A stretch of DNA of 64,000 nt, taken from assembly GCA_964016885.1 (NCBI GenBank), contig OZ024743.1:139190001-139254000 (forward strand), in the 5' to 3' direction. This DNA comes from Eledone cirrhosa (taxonomy: Eukaryota). The position numbers and the translations under genes are program-made. The notes beneath the pieces are model-generated. The model ran no database searches and had not been told where the DNA came from. It saw only the letters and a list, made by a program, of their open reading frames with translations. Positions 22,561-35,170 of this stretch are shown piece after piece. The first letter of the stretch is position 1. Each line of letters starts with the position of its first letter.

Positions 22561-25500
22561 TTGGTGTTTGATGTTTGGTCCTTGGTGCTTGGTGCTTGGT
22601 GTTTGGCGTTTGCTGTTTGCTGTTTGGTGTTTGGTGTTTGCTGTTTGGTGTTTGCTGTTTGGTGTTTGGTGTTTGGTGCTTGGTGCTTGGTGTTTGGTGC
22701 TTGGTGCTTGGTGCTTGGTGTTTGGTCCTTGGTGCTTGGTGCTTGGTCTTTGGTGCTTGGGTTTTGGTGTTTGGTGCTTGGTGCTTGGTGTTTGGTGCTT
22801 GGTGCTTGGTGCTTGGTGCTTGGTGTTTGGTGCTTGCTGCTTGGTGCTTGGTGTTTGGTGCTTGGTGCTTGGTGAGTAGTGTTTGGTGATTGGTGCTTGG
22901 GGTTTGGTGTTTGGGGCTTGGTGTTTGGTGCTTAGTGCTTGCTGTTTGGTGTTTGGTGTTTGGTTCTTGGTGCTTGGTGTTTGGTGTTTGGTGTTTGGTG
23001 CTTGGTGCTTGGTGCTTGGTGTTTGGTGCTTGGTGCTTGGTGCTTGGTGTTTGGTGCTGCGTGCTTGGTGTTTGGTGTTTGGTGCTTGGTGCCTGGTGCT
23101 TGTTGTTTGGTGTTTGGTGCTTAGTGCATGGTGTTTGGCGTTTGGTGCTTGGTGCTTGGTGGCTGGTGCTTGGTGCTTGGTGTTTGGAGTTTGGTGCTTG
23201 GTGCTTGGTGCCTGGTGTTTCGTGCTTGGTGCTTGGTGCTTGGTGTTTGGTGTTTGGTGCTTGGTGTTTGGTGTTTGGAACTTGGTGCTTGGTGCTTGGT
23301 GCTTGGTGTTTGGTGCTTGGTGTTTGATGCTGCGTGCTTGGTGTTTGGTGTTTGGTTCTTGGTGCTTGGTGTTTGGTGTTTGGAGCTTGGTGCCTGCTGC
23401 TTGTTGTTTGGTGTTTGGTGCTTGATGTTTGGTGTTTGTTGCTTGGTGCTTGGTGCTTGGTGTTTGGTGTTTGGTGCTTGGTGCTTGGTGTTTGGAGCTT
23501 GGTGTTTGGTGTTTGGTGTTTGATGCTTGGTGTTTGCTGCTTGGTGCTTGGTGCTTGGTGTTTTGTGTTTGGTGCTTGGTGCTTGGTGCCTAGTGCTTGG
23601 TGCTTGGTGCTTGTAGTTTGGTGCTTGGTGCTTGGTGATTAGTGTTTGGAGCTTGGTGTTTGGTGTTTGGTGTTTGGTGCTTGGTGTTTGGTGCTTGGTA
23701 TTTGATGCTGCCTGCTTGGTGTTTGGTGTTTGGTGCTTGGTGCTTGGTGTTTGGCATTTGGAGCGCGGTGCCTGGTGCTTGTTGTTTGGTGTTTGGCACT
23801 TGGTGCTTGGTGTTTGGTGTTTGGTGCTTGGTGCTTGGTGCTTGGTATCTGGTGTTTGGTGCTTGATGTTTGGTGTTTGGTGCTTGGTGTTTTGTGTTTG
23901 GTGATTGGTGCTTGGTGCCTGGTGCTTGGTGCTTGGTGCTTGTTGTTTGGTGCTTGGTGCTTGGTGATTAGTGTTTGGTGCTTGGTGCTTGCGGTTTGGT
24001 GTTTGGTGCTTGGGGTTTGGTGCTTGGTGCTTGGTGCTTGGTGTTTGGTGCTTGGTGCTTGGTGTTTGTTGCTTGGTGCTTGGTGTTTGTTGCTTGGTGT
24101 TTGGTGTTTGCTGTTTGCTATTTGCTGTTTGGTGCTTGCTGTTTGGTGCTTGGTGCTTGGTGTTTGGTGTTTGGTGTTTTGTGCTTGGTGCTTGGTGTTT
24201 GGTGCTTGGTGCTTGGTGCTGGGTGTTTTGTGCTTGGTGCTTGGTGTTTGGTGCTTGGTGCTTGGTGCTTGGTGTTTGGTCCTTGGTGCTTGGTGCTTAT
24301 TGTTTGGTGCTTGGTGCTTGGTGCTTGGTGCTTGGTCTTTGATGCTTGGTGTTAGGTGTTTGGTGCTTGGCGCTTGGTGTTTGGTGCTTGGTGCTTTGTG
24401 TTTGGTGCTTGGTGTTTGGTGCTTTGTGCTTGGTGATTGGTGTTTGATGTTAGGTTCTTGGTGCTTGGTGTTTGGTGTTTGGTGCTTGGTGCTTGGTGTT
24501 TGGTGTTTGGTGCTTGCTGCTTGGTGCTTGGTGTTTTGTGTTTGGAGTTTGGTGCTTGGTGTTTGGTGCTTGGTGCTTGGTGTTTGGTGTTTGGTGTTTG
24601 GTGTTTGGTGATTGGTGCTTTGTGTTTGGTGCTTGGTGCTTGGTGCTTGGTTCTTGGTGTTAGGCGTTTGGTGCTTGGTGCTTGGTGTTTGATGTTTGGT
24701 CCTTGGTGCTTGGTGTTTGGTATTTGGAGCTTGGTGCTTGGTGTTTGGTGTTTGGTGCTTGCTGCTTGCTGCTTGGTGTTTGGTGCTAGGGACTTGGTGC
24801 TTGGTGCTTGGTGTTTGGTGCTTGGTGTTTGGTGTTTGGTGCTTGGTGCGTGGGACTTGGTGTTTGGTGCTTGGTGTTTGGTGCTTGGTATTTGGTGCTT
24901 GGTGCCTGGTGCTTGGTGTTTGGTGTTTGGTGCTTGGTGTTTGGTGCTTGGTGTTTGGTACTTGGTGTTCGGTGCTTGGTGCTTGGTGCTTGGTGCTTGG
25001 TATTTGGTGTTTGGTGCTTGGTGCTTGGTGCTTGGTGTTTGGTCCTTGGTGCTTGGTGCTTGGTCTTTGGTGCTTGGGTTTTGGTGTTTGGTGCTTGGTG
25101 CTTGGTGTTTGGTGCTTGGTGCTTGGTGCTTGGTGTTTGGTGCTTGCTGCTTGGCGCTTGGTGTTTGGTGCTTGGTGCTTGGTGATTAGTGTTTGGTGAT
25201 TGGTGCTTGGGGTTTGGTGTTTGGGGACTTGGTGTTTGGTGCGTGGTGCTTGCTGTTTGGTGTTTGGTGCTGGGTGTTTGGTGCTTGGTGCTTGGTGTTT
25301 GGTGCTTGGTGCTTGGTGCTTGGTGTTTGGTGTTTGGTGCCTGGTGCTTGGTGCTTGGTGCTTGCTGTTTGGTGTTTGGTGTTTGGTTCTTGGTGCTTGG
25401 TGTTTGGTGTTTGGAGCTTGGTGTTTGGTGCTTGGTGTTTGGTGCTTGGTGCTTGGTGATTAGTGTTTGGTGATTGGTGCTTGGGGTTTGGTGTTTGGTG

Positions 25501-28500
25501 CTTGGTGTTTGGTGCTTGGTGCTTGCTGTTTGGTGTTTGGTGTTTGGTTCTTGGTGCTTGGTGTTTGGTGTTTGGTGCTTGGTGCTTGGTGTTTGGTGTT
25601 TGGTGCTTGGTGCTTGGTGTTTGGTGCTTGGTGCTTGGTGCTTGGTGCTTGGTGTTTGGTATTTGGTGTTTGCTGTTTGGTGTTTGGTGCTTGGTGCTTG
25701 GTGCTTGGAGCTTGGTGTTTGGTGTTTAGTGCTTGGTGCTTGGTATTTGGTGTTTGGTGCTTGGTGCTTGGTGTCTGGTGTTTGGTGCTTGGTGCTTGGT
25801 GTTTGGTGATTGGTGTTTGGAGACTGGTGTTTGGTGCTTGGTGCTTGGTGCTTGGTGCCTGGGGCTTGTTGTTTGGTGTTTGGTGCTTGGTGCTTGGTGC
25901 TTGGTGTTTGATGTTTGGTCCTTGGTGCTTGTTGTTTGGTGTTTGGTGCTTGGTGCTTGGTGTTTGGTGTTTGGTGCTTGCTGCTTGCTGCCTGGTGTTT
26001 GGTGCTTGGTGATTGGTGCTTGGTGTTTTATGCTTGGTGCTTGGTGTTTGGTGCTAGGGGCTTGGTGCTTGATGCTTGGTGTTTGGTGCTTGGTGCTTGC
26101 TGTTTGGTGCTTGGTGCTTGGTGCTTGGTGTTTGGTGTATGGTGTTTGGTGCTTGGTGTTTGGTGCTTGGTGCTTGGTGCTGGGTGGTTGGTGTTTGGTG
26201 TTTGGTGCTTGGTGATTGGTGCTTATTGTTTGGTGCTTGGTGCTTGGTGCTTGGTGCTTGGTCTTTGATGCTTGGTGTTTGGTGTTTGGTGCTTGGTGCT
26301 TGGTGATTAGTGTTTGGTGCTTGGTGCTTGGTGTTTTGTGCTTGGTGTTTGGTGCTTGGTGCTTGGTGTTTGGTGTTTGGTGCTTGGTGCTTGGGGCTTG
26401 GTGTTTGGTGCTTAGTGTTTGGTGCTTGGTGTTTGGTGCTTGGCGCTTGGTGCTTGGTGTTTGGTGTATGGTGTTTGGTGCTTGGTGTTTGGTGCTTGGT
26501 GCTTGGTGCTGGGTGGTTGGTGTTTGGTGTTTGGTGCTTGGTGATTGGTGCTTATTGTTTGGTGCTTGGTGCGTGGTGCTTGGTGCTTGGTCTTTGGTGC
26601 TTGGTGTTTGGTGTTTGGTGCTTGGTGCTTGGTGCTTGGTGATTAGTGTTTGGTGCTTGGTGCTTGGTGCCTGGTGCTTGGTGCTTGGTGCTTGTTGTTT
26701 GGTGCTTGGTGCTTGGTGATTAGTGTTTGGTGCTTGGTGCTTGGGGTTTGGTGTTTGGTGCTTGGTGTTTGGTGTTTGGTGCTTGGTGCTTGGTGTTTGG
26801 TGCTTGGTGCTTGGTGTTTGGTGCTTGGTGCTTTGTGTTTGGTGCTTGGTGTTTGGTGCTTGGTGCTTGGTGATTGGTGTTTGATGTTAGGTTCTTGGTG
26901 CTTGGTGTTTGGTGTTTGGTGCTTGGTGCTTGGTGTTTGGTGTTTGGTGCTTGCTGCTTGGTGCTTGGTGTTTTGTGTTTGGAGTTTGGTGCTTGGTGTT
27001 TGGTGCTTGGTGCTTGGTGTTTGGTGTTTGGTGTTTGGTGTTTGGTGATTGGTGCTTTGTGTTTGGTGCTTGGTGCTTGGTGCTTGGTTCTTGGTGTTAG
27101 GCGTTTGGTGCTTGGTGCTTGGTGTTTGATGTTTGGTCCTTGGTGCTTGGTGTTTGGTATTTGGAGCTTGGTGCTTGGTGTTTGGTGTTTGGTGCTTGCT
27201 GCTTGCTGCTTGGTGTTTGGTGCTAGGGACTTGGTGCTTGGTGCTTGGTGTTTGGTGCTTGGTGTTTGGTGTTTGGTGCTTGGTGCGTGGGACTTGGTGT
27301 TTGGTGCTTGGTGTTTGGTGCTTGGTATTTGGTGCTTGGTGCCTGGTGCTTGGTGTTTGGTGTTTGGTGCTTGGTGTTTGGTGCTTGGTGTTTGGTACTT
27401 GGTGTTCGGTGCTTGGTGCTTGGTGCTTGGTGCTTGGTATTTGGTGTTTGGTGCTTGGTGCTTGGTGTTTGATGTTTGGTCCTTGGTGCTTGGTGTTTGG
27501 TGCTTGGTGTTTGGTGCTTGGTGCTTGGTGCTTGGTGTTTGGCGTTTGCTGTTTGCTGTTTGGTGTTTGGTGTTTGCTGTTTGGTGTTTGCTGTTTGGTG
27601 TTTGGTGTTTGGTGCTTGGTGCTTGGTGTTTGGTGCTTGGTGCTTGGTGCTTGGTGTTTGGTCCTTGGTGCTTGGTGCTTGGTCTTTGGTGCTTGGGTTT
27701 TGGTGTTTGCTGCTTGGTGCTTGGTGTTTGGTGCTTGGTGCTTGGTGCTTGGTGCTTGGTGTTTGGTGCTTGCTGCTTGGTGCTTGGTGTTTGGTGCTTG
27801 GTGCTTGGTGAGTAGTGTTTGGTGATTGGTGCTTGGGGTTTGGTGTTTGGGGCTTGGTGTTTGGTGCTTAGTGCTTGCTGTTTGGTGTTTGGTGTTTGGT
27901 TCTTGGTGCTTGGTGTTTGGTGTTTGGTGTTTGGTGCTTGGTGCTTGGTGCTTGGTGTTTGGTGCTTGGTGCTTGGTGCTTGGTGTTTGGTGCTGCGTGC
28001 TTGGTGTTTGGTGTTTGGTGCTTGGTGCCTGGTGCTTGTTGTTTGGTGTTTGGTGCTTAGTGCATGGTGTTTGGCGTTTGGTGCTTGGTGCTTGGTGGCT
28101 GGTGCTTGGTGCTTGGTGTTTGGAGTTTGGTGCTTGGTGCTTGGTGCCTGGTGTTTCGTGCTTGGTGCTTGGTGCTTGGTGTTTGGTGTTTGGTGCTTGG
28201 TGTTTGGTGTTTGGAACTTGGTGCTTGGTGCTTGGTGCTTGGTGTTTGGTGCTTGGTTTTTGATGCTGCGTGCTTGGTGTTTAGTGTTTGGTTCTTGGTG
28301 CTTGGTGTTTGGTGTTTGGAGCTTGGTGCCTGCTGCTTGTTGTTTGGTGTTTGGTGCTTGATGTTTGGTGTTTGTTGCTTGGTGCTTGGTGCTTGGTGTT
28401 TGGTGTTTGGTGCTTGGTGCTTGGTGTTTGGAGCTTGGTGTTTGGTGTTTGGTGTTTGATGCTTGGTGTTTGCTGCTTGGTGCTTGGTGCTTGGTGTTTT

Positions 28501-29288
28501 GTGTTTGGTGCTTGGTGCTTGGTGCCTGGTGCTTGGTGCTTGGTGCTTGTTGTTTGGTGCTTGGTGCTTGGTGATTAGTGTTTGGAGCTTGGTGTTTGGT
28601 GTTTGGTGTTTGGTGCTTGGTGTTTGGTGCTTGGTATTTGATGCTGCCTGCTTGGTGTTTGGTGTTTGGTGCTTGGTGCTTGGTGTTTGGCATTTGGAGC
28701 GCGGTGCCTGGTGCTTGTTGTTTGGTGTTTGGCGCTTGGTGCTTGGTGTTTGGTGTTTGGTGCTTGGTGCTTGGTGCTTGGTATCTGGTGTTTGGTGCTT
28801 GATGTTTGGTGTTTGGTGCTTGGTGTTTTGTGTTTGGTGATTGGTGCTTGGTGCCTGGTGCTTGGTGCTTGGTGCTTGTTGTTTGGTGCTTGGTGCTTGG
28901 TGATTAGTGTTTGTTGCTTGGTGCTTGCGGTTTGGTGTTTGGTGCTTGGGGTTTGGTGCTTGGTGCTTGGTGCTTGGTGTTTGGTGCTTGGTGCTTGGTG
29001 TTTGTTGCTTGGTGCTTGGTGTTTGTTGCTTGGTGTTTGGTGTTTGCTGTTTGCTGTTTGCTGTTTGGTGCTTGCTGTTTGGTGCTTGGTGCTTGGTGTT
29101 TGGTGTTTGGTGTTTTGTGCTTGGTGCTTGGTGTTTGGTGCTTGGTGCTTGGTGCTGGGTGTTTGGTGCTTGGTGCTTGGTGTTTGGTGCTTGGTGCTTG
29201 GTGCTTGGTGTTTGGTCCTTGGTGCTTGGTGCTTATTGTTTGGTGCTTGGTGCTTGGTGCTTGGTGCTTGGTCTTTGATGCTTGGTGT
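19350..29288 (+). repeat. About 5-kb tandem duplication (offsets 5006 and 4936) covering HOR B sequence plus an A-like intervening block
   Basis: Offset 5006 for ORFs 19431/24437, 20183/25189, 21644/26650; offset 4936 for 22883/27819, 23642/28578, 23971/28907. Marker TTGGCAT-TTGGAGC-GCGGTGC seen at about 23751 and 28687. Confidence 0.88.
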
Positions 29289-31970
29289 TTGGTGTTTTGT
29301 GCTTGGTGCCTGGTGCTTGGTGATTAGTGTTTGGTGCTTGGTGCTTGGTGTTTTGTGCTTGGTGTTTGGTGCTTGGTGCTTGGTGTTTGGTGTTTGGTGC
29401 TTGGTGCTTGGGGCTTGGTGTTTGGTGCTTAGTGTTTGGTGCTTGGTGTTTGGTGCTAGGCGCTTGGTGCTTGGTGTTTGGTGTATGGTGTTTGATGCTT
29501 GGTGTTTGGTGCTTGGTGCTTGGTGCTGGGTGGTTGGTGTATGGTGTTTGGTGCTTGGTGATTGGTGCTTATTGTTTGGTGCTTGGTGCTTGGTGCTTGG
29601 TGCTTGGTCTTTGGTGCTTGGTGTTTGGTGTTTGGTGCTTGGTGCTTGGTGCTTGGTGATTAGTGTTTGGTGCTTGGTGCTTGGTGCCTGGTGCTTGGTG
29701 CTTGGTGCTTGTTGTTTGGTGCTTGGTGCTTGGTGATTAGTGTTTGGTGCTTGGTGCTTGGGGTTTGGTGTTTGGTGCTTGGTGTTTGGTGTTTGGTTCT
29801 TGGTGCTTGGTGTTTGGTGCTTGGTGCTTGGTGTTTGGTGCTTGGTGCTTTGTGTTTGGTGCTTGGTGTTTGGTGCTTGGTGCTTGGTGCTTGGTGCTTG
29901 GTGTTAGGTGTTTGGTGCTTGGTGATTGGTGTTTGATGTTAGGTTCTTGGTGCTTGGTGTTTGGTATTTGGTGCTTGGTGCTTGGTGTTTGGTGTTTGGT
30001 GCTTGCTGCTTGGTGCTTGGTGTTTTGTGTTTGGAGTTTGGTGCTTGGTGTTTGGTGCTTGGTGCTTGGTGTTTGGTGTTTGGTGTTTGGTGTTTGGTGA
30101 TTGGTGCTTTGTCTTTGGTGCTTGGTGCTTGGTGCTTGGTTCTTGGTGTTAGGCGTTTGGTGCTTGGTGCTTGGTGTTTGATGTTTGGTCCTTGGTGCTT
30201 GGTGTTTGGTATTTGGAGCTTGGTGCTTGGTGTTTGGTGTTTGGTGCTTGCTGCTTGCTGCTTGGTGTTGGGTGCTAGGGACTTGGTGCTTGGTGCTTGG
30301 TGTTTGGTGCTTGGTGTTTGGTGCTTGGTTCTTGGTGCTTGGTGTTTGGTGTTTGGTGCTTGGTGCTTGGTGCTTGGTGTTTGGTGCTTGGTGCTTGGTG
30401 ATTAGTGTTTGGTGATTGGTGCTTGGGGTTTGGTGTTTGGTGCTTGGTGTTTGGTGCTTGGTGCTTGCTGTTTGGTGTTTGGTGTTTGGTTCTTGGTGCT
30501 TGGTGTTTGGTGTTTGGTGCTTGGTGCTTGGTGATTGGTGTTTGGTGCTTGGTGCTTGGTGCTTGGTGTTTGGTGCTGCATGCTTGGTGTTTGGTGTTTG
30601 GTGCTTGGTGCCTGGGGCTTGTTGTTTGGTGTTTGGTGCTTGGTGCTTGGTGTTTGGTGTTTGGTGCTTGCTGCTTGCTGCTTGGTGTTTGGTGCTTGGT
30701 GATTGGTGCTTGGTGTTTTATGCTTGGTGCTTGGTGTTTGGTGCTAGGGGCTTGGTGCTTGATGCTTGGTGTTTGGTGCTTGGTGCTTGCTGTTTGGTGC
30801 TTGGTGCTTGGTGCTTGGTGTTTGGTGTATGGTGTTTGGTGCTTGGTGTTTGGTGCTTGGTGCTGGGTGGTTGGTGTTTGGTGTTTGGTGCTTGGTGATT
30901 GGTGCTTATTGTTTGGTGCTTGGTGCTTGGTGCTTGGTCTTTGATGCTTGGTGTTTGGTGTTTGGTGCTTGGTGCTTGGTGCTTGGTGATTAGTGTTTGG
31001 TGCTTGGTGCTTGGTGTTTTGTGCTTGGTGTTTGGTGCTTGGTGCTTGGTGTTTGGTGTTTGGTGCTTGGTGCTTGGGGCTTGGTGTTTGGTGGTTAGTG
31101 TTTGGTGCTTGGTGTTTGGTGCTTGGCGCTTGGTGCTTGGTATTTGGTGTATGGTGTTTGGTGCTTGGTGTTTGGTGGTTGGTGCTTGGTGCTGGGTGGT
31201 TGGTGTTTGGTGTTTGGTGCTTGGTGATTGGTGCTTATTGTTTGGTGCTTGGTGCTTGGTGCTTGGTGCTTGGTCTTTGGTGCTTGGTGTTTGGTGTTTG
31301 GTGCTTGGTGCTTGGAGCTTGGTGATTAGTGTTTGGTGCTTGGTGCTTGGTGCCTGGTGCTTGGTGCTTGGTGCTTGTTGTTTGGTGCTTGGTGCTTGGT
31401 GATTAGTGTTTGGTGCTTGGTGCTTGGGGTTTGGTGTTTGGTGCTTGGTGTTTGGTGTTTGGTGCTTGGTGCTTGGTGTTTGGTGCTTGGTGCTTGGTGT
31501 TTGGTGCTTGGTGCTTTGTGTTTGGTGCTTGGTGTTTGGTGCTTGGTGCTTGGTGCTTGGTGCTTGGTGTTAGGTGTTTGGTGCTTGGTGTTTGATGTTA
31601 GGTTCTTGGTGCTTGGTGTTTGGTGTTTGGTGCTTGGTGCTTGGTGTTTGGTGTTTGGTGCTTGCTGCTTGGTGCTTGGTGTTTTGTGTTTGGAGTTTGG
31701 TGCTTGGTGTTTGGTGCTTGGTGCTTGGTGTTTGGTGTTTGGTGTTTGGTGTTTGGTGATTGGTGCTTTGTGTTTGGTGCTTGGTGCTTGGTGCTTGGTT
31801 CTTGGTGTTAGGTGTTTGGTGCTTGGTGCTTGGTGTTTGATGTTTGGTCCTTGGTGCTTGGTGTTTGGTATTTGGAGCTTGGTGCTTGGTGTTTGGTGTT
31901 TGGTGCTTGCTGCTTGCTGCTTGGTGTTTGGTGCTAGGGACTTGGTGCTTGGTGCTTGGTGTTTGGTGCT
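29230..31970 (+). repeat. Duplication of B-type modules at 1666/1659-bp offset
   Basis: ORF pairs 29327/30993, 29667/31333, 29744/31410 (1666 = 238x7) and 29961/31620, 30185/31844 (1659). Edges approximate. Confidence 0.75.
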
Positions 31971-34900
31971 TGGTGTTTGGTGTCTGGTGCTTGGTGCGTG
32001 GGACTTGGTGTTTGGTGCTTGGTGTTTGGTGCTTGGTGTTTGGTGCTTGGTGCCTGGTGCTTGGTGTTTGGTGTTTGGTGCTTGGTGTTTGGTGCTTGGT
32101 GTTTGGTACTTGGTGTTCGGTGCTTGGTGCTTGGTGCTTGGTGCTTGGTGTTTGGTGTTTGGTGCTTGGTGCTTGGTGTTTGATGTTTGGTCCTTGGTGC
32201 TTGGTGTTTGGTGTTGTGTGCTTGGTGCTTGGTGCTTGGTGTTTGGTGCTTGGTGCTTGGTGCTTGGTGTTTGGCGTTTGCTGTTTGCTGTTTGGTGTTT
32301 GGTGTTTGCTGTTTGATGTTTGCTGTTTGGTGTTTGGTGTTTGGTGCTTGGTGCTTGGTGTTTGGTGCTTGGTGCTTGGTGCTTGGTGTTTGGTCCTTGG
32401 TGCTTGGTGCTTGGTCTTTGGTGCTTGGGTTTTGGTGTTTGGTGCTTGGTGCTTGGTGTTTGGTGCTTGGTGCTTGGTGCTTGGTGCTTGGTGTTTGGTG
32501 CTTGCTGCTTGGTGCTTGGTGTTTGGTGCTTGGTGCTTGGTGATTAGTGTTAGGTGCTTGGTGCTTCGGGTTTGGTGTTTGGGGCTTGGTGTTTGGTGCT
32601 TGGTGCTTGCTGTTTGGTGATTGGTGTTTGGTTCTTGGTGCTTGGCGTTTGGTGTTTGGTGTTTGGTGCTTGGTGCTTGGTGCTTGGTGTTTGGTGCTTG
32701 GTGCTTGGTGCTTGGTGTTTGGTGCTGCGTGCTTGGTGTTTGGTGTTTGGTGCTTGGTGCCTGGTGCCTGTTGTTTGGTGTTTGGTGCTTAGTGCTTGGT
32801 GTTTGGTGTTTGGTGCTTGGTGCTTGGTGGCTGGTGTTTGGTGCTTGGTGTTTGGAGTTTGGTGCTTGGTGCTTGGTGCCTGGTGTTTCGTGCTTGGTGC
32901 TTGGTGCTTGGTGTTTGGTGTATGGTGCTTGGTGTTTGGTGTTTGGTACTTGGTGCTTGGTGCTTGGTGCTTGGTGTTTGGTGTTTGCTGTTTGCTGTTT
33001 GGTGTTTGGTGTTTGCTGTTTGGTGTTTGCTGTTTGGTGTTTGGTGTTTGGTGCCTGCTGTTTGGTGCTTGGTGCTTGGTGTTTGGTGTTTGGTGCTTGG
33101 TGTTTGGTGCTTGGTGCTTGGTGCTGGGTGTTTGGTGCTTGGTGCTTGGTGTTTGGTGCTTGGTGCTTGGTGCTTGGTGTTTGGTCCTTGGTGCTTGGTG
33201 CTTGGTCTTTGGTGCTTGGGTTTTGGTGTTTGGTGCTTGGTGCTTGGTGTTTGGTGCTTGGTGCTTGGTGCTTGGTGTTTGGTGCTTGCTGCTTGGCGCT
33301 TGGTTTTTGGTGCTTGGTGCTTGGTGATTAGTGTTTGGTGATTGGTGCTTGGGGTTTGGTGTTTGGGGGCTTGGTGTTTGGTGCGTGGTGCTTGCTGTTT
33401 GGTGTTTGGTGCTGGGTGTTTGGTGCTTGGTGCTTGGTGTTTGGTGCTTGGTGCTTGGTGCTTGGTGCTTGGTGTTTGGTGCCTGGTGCTTGGTGCTTGG
33501 TGCTTGCTGTTTGGTGTTTGGTGTTTGGTTCTTGGTGCTTGGTGTTTGGTGTTTGGTGCTTGGTGCTAGGTGCTTGGTGTTTGGTGCTTGGTGCTTGGTG
33601 ATTAGTGTTTGGTGATTGGTGCTTGGGGTTTGGTGTTTGGTGCTTGGTGTTTGGTGCTTGGTGCTTGCTGTTTGGTGTTTGGTGTTTGGTTCTTGGTGCT
33701 TGGTGTTTGGTGTTTGGTGCTTGGTGCTTGGTGATTGGTGTTTGGTGCTTGGTGCTTGGTGCTTGGTGTTTGGTGCTGCGTGCTTGGTGTTTGGTGTTTG
33801 GTGCTTGGTGCCTGGGGCTTGTTGTTTGGTGTTTGGTGCTTGGTGCTTGGTGCTTGGTGTTAGGTGTTTGGTCCTTGGTGCTTGTTGTTTGGTGTTTGGT
33901 GCTTGGTGCTTGGTGTTTGGTGCTTGGTGCTTGGTGTTTGGTGTTTGGTGTTTGGTGTTTGGTGATTGGTGCTTTGTGTTTGGTGCTTGGTGCTTGGTGC
34001 TTGGTTCTTGGTGTTAGGCGTTTGGTGCTTGGAGCTTGGTGTTTGATGTTTGGTCCTTGGTGCTTGGTGTTTGGTATTTGGAGCTTGGTGCTTGGTGTTT
34101 GGTGTTTGGTGCTTGCTGCTTGCTGCTTGGTGTTTGGTGCTAGGGACTTGGTGCTTGGTGCTTGGTGTTTGGTGCTTGGTGTTTGGTGTTTGGTGCTTGG
34201 TGCGTGGGACTTGGTGTTTGGTGCTTGGTGTTTAGTGCTTGGTGTTTGGTGCTTGGTGCCTGGTGCTTGGTGTTTGGTGTTTGGTGCTTGGTGTTTGGTG
34301 CTTGGTGTTTGGTACTTGGTGTTCGGTGCTTGGTGCTTGGTGCTTGGTGCTTGGTGTCTGGTGTTTGGTGCTTGGTGCTTGGTGTTTGATGTTTGGTCCT
34401 TGGTGCTTGGTGTTTGGTGTTGTGTGCTTGGTGCTTGGTGCTTGGTGTTTGGTGCTTGGTGCTTGGTGCTTGGTGTTTGGCGTTTGCTGTTTGCTGTTTG
34501 GTGTTTGGTGTTTGCTGTTTGGTGTTTGCTGTTTGGTGTTTGGTGTTTGGTGCTTGGTGCTTGGTGTTTGGTGCTTGGTGCTTGGTGCTTGGTGTTTGGG
34601 CCTTGGTGCTTGGTGCTTGGTCTTTGGTGCTTGGGTTTTGGTGTTTGGTGCTTGGTGCTTGGTGTTTGGTGCTTGGTGCTTGGTGCTTGGTGCTTGGTGT
34701 TTGGTGCTTGCTGTTTGGTGCTTGGTGTTTGGTGCTTGGTGCTTGGTGATTAGTGTTTGGTGCTTGGTGCTTCGGGTTTGGTGTTTGGGGCTTGGTGTTT
34801 GGTGCTTGGTGCTTGCTGTTTGGTGATTGGTGTTTGGTTCTTGGTGCTTGGTGTTTGGTGTTTGGTGTTTGGTGCTTGGTGCTTGGTGCTTGGTGTTTGG

Positions 34901-35170
34901 TGCTTGGTGCTTGGTGCTTGGTGTTTGGTGCTGCGTGCTTGGTGTTTGGTGTTTGGTGCTTGGTGCCTGGTGCCTGGTGTTTGGTGTTTGGTGCTTAGTG
35001 CTTGGTGTTTGGTGTTTGGTGCTTGGTGCTTGGTGGCTGGTGTTTGGTGCTTGGTGTTTGGAGTTTGGTGCTTGGTGCTTGGTGCCTGGTGTTTCGTGCT
35101 TGGTGCTTGGTGCTTGGTGTTTGGTGTATGGTGCTTGGTGTTTGGTGTTTGGTACTTGGTGCTTGGTGCT
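31700..35170 (+). repeat. Duplication at 2206-bp offset (about 31.7-33.0 kb repeated at about 33.9-35.2 kb)
   Basis: ORF pairs 31844/34050, 31956/34162, 32187/34393, 32547/34753, 32796/35002. 2206 = 314x7+8, matching the 8-nt unit at 33363. Confidence 0.8.
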
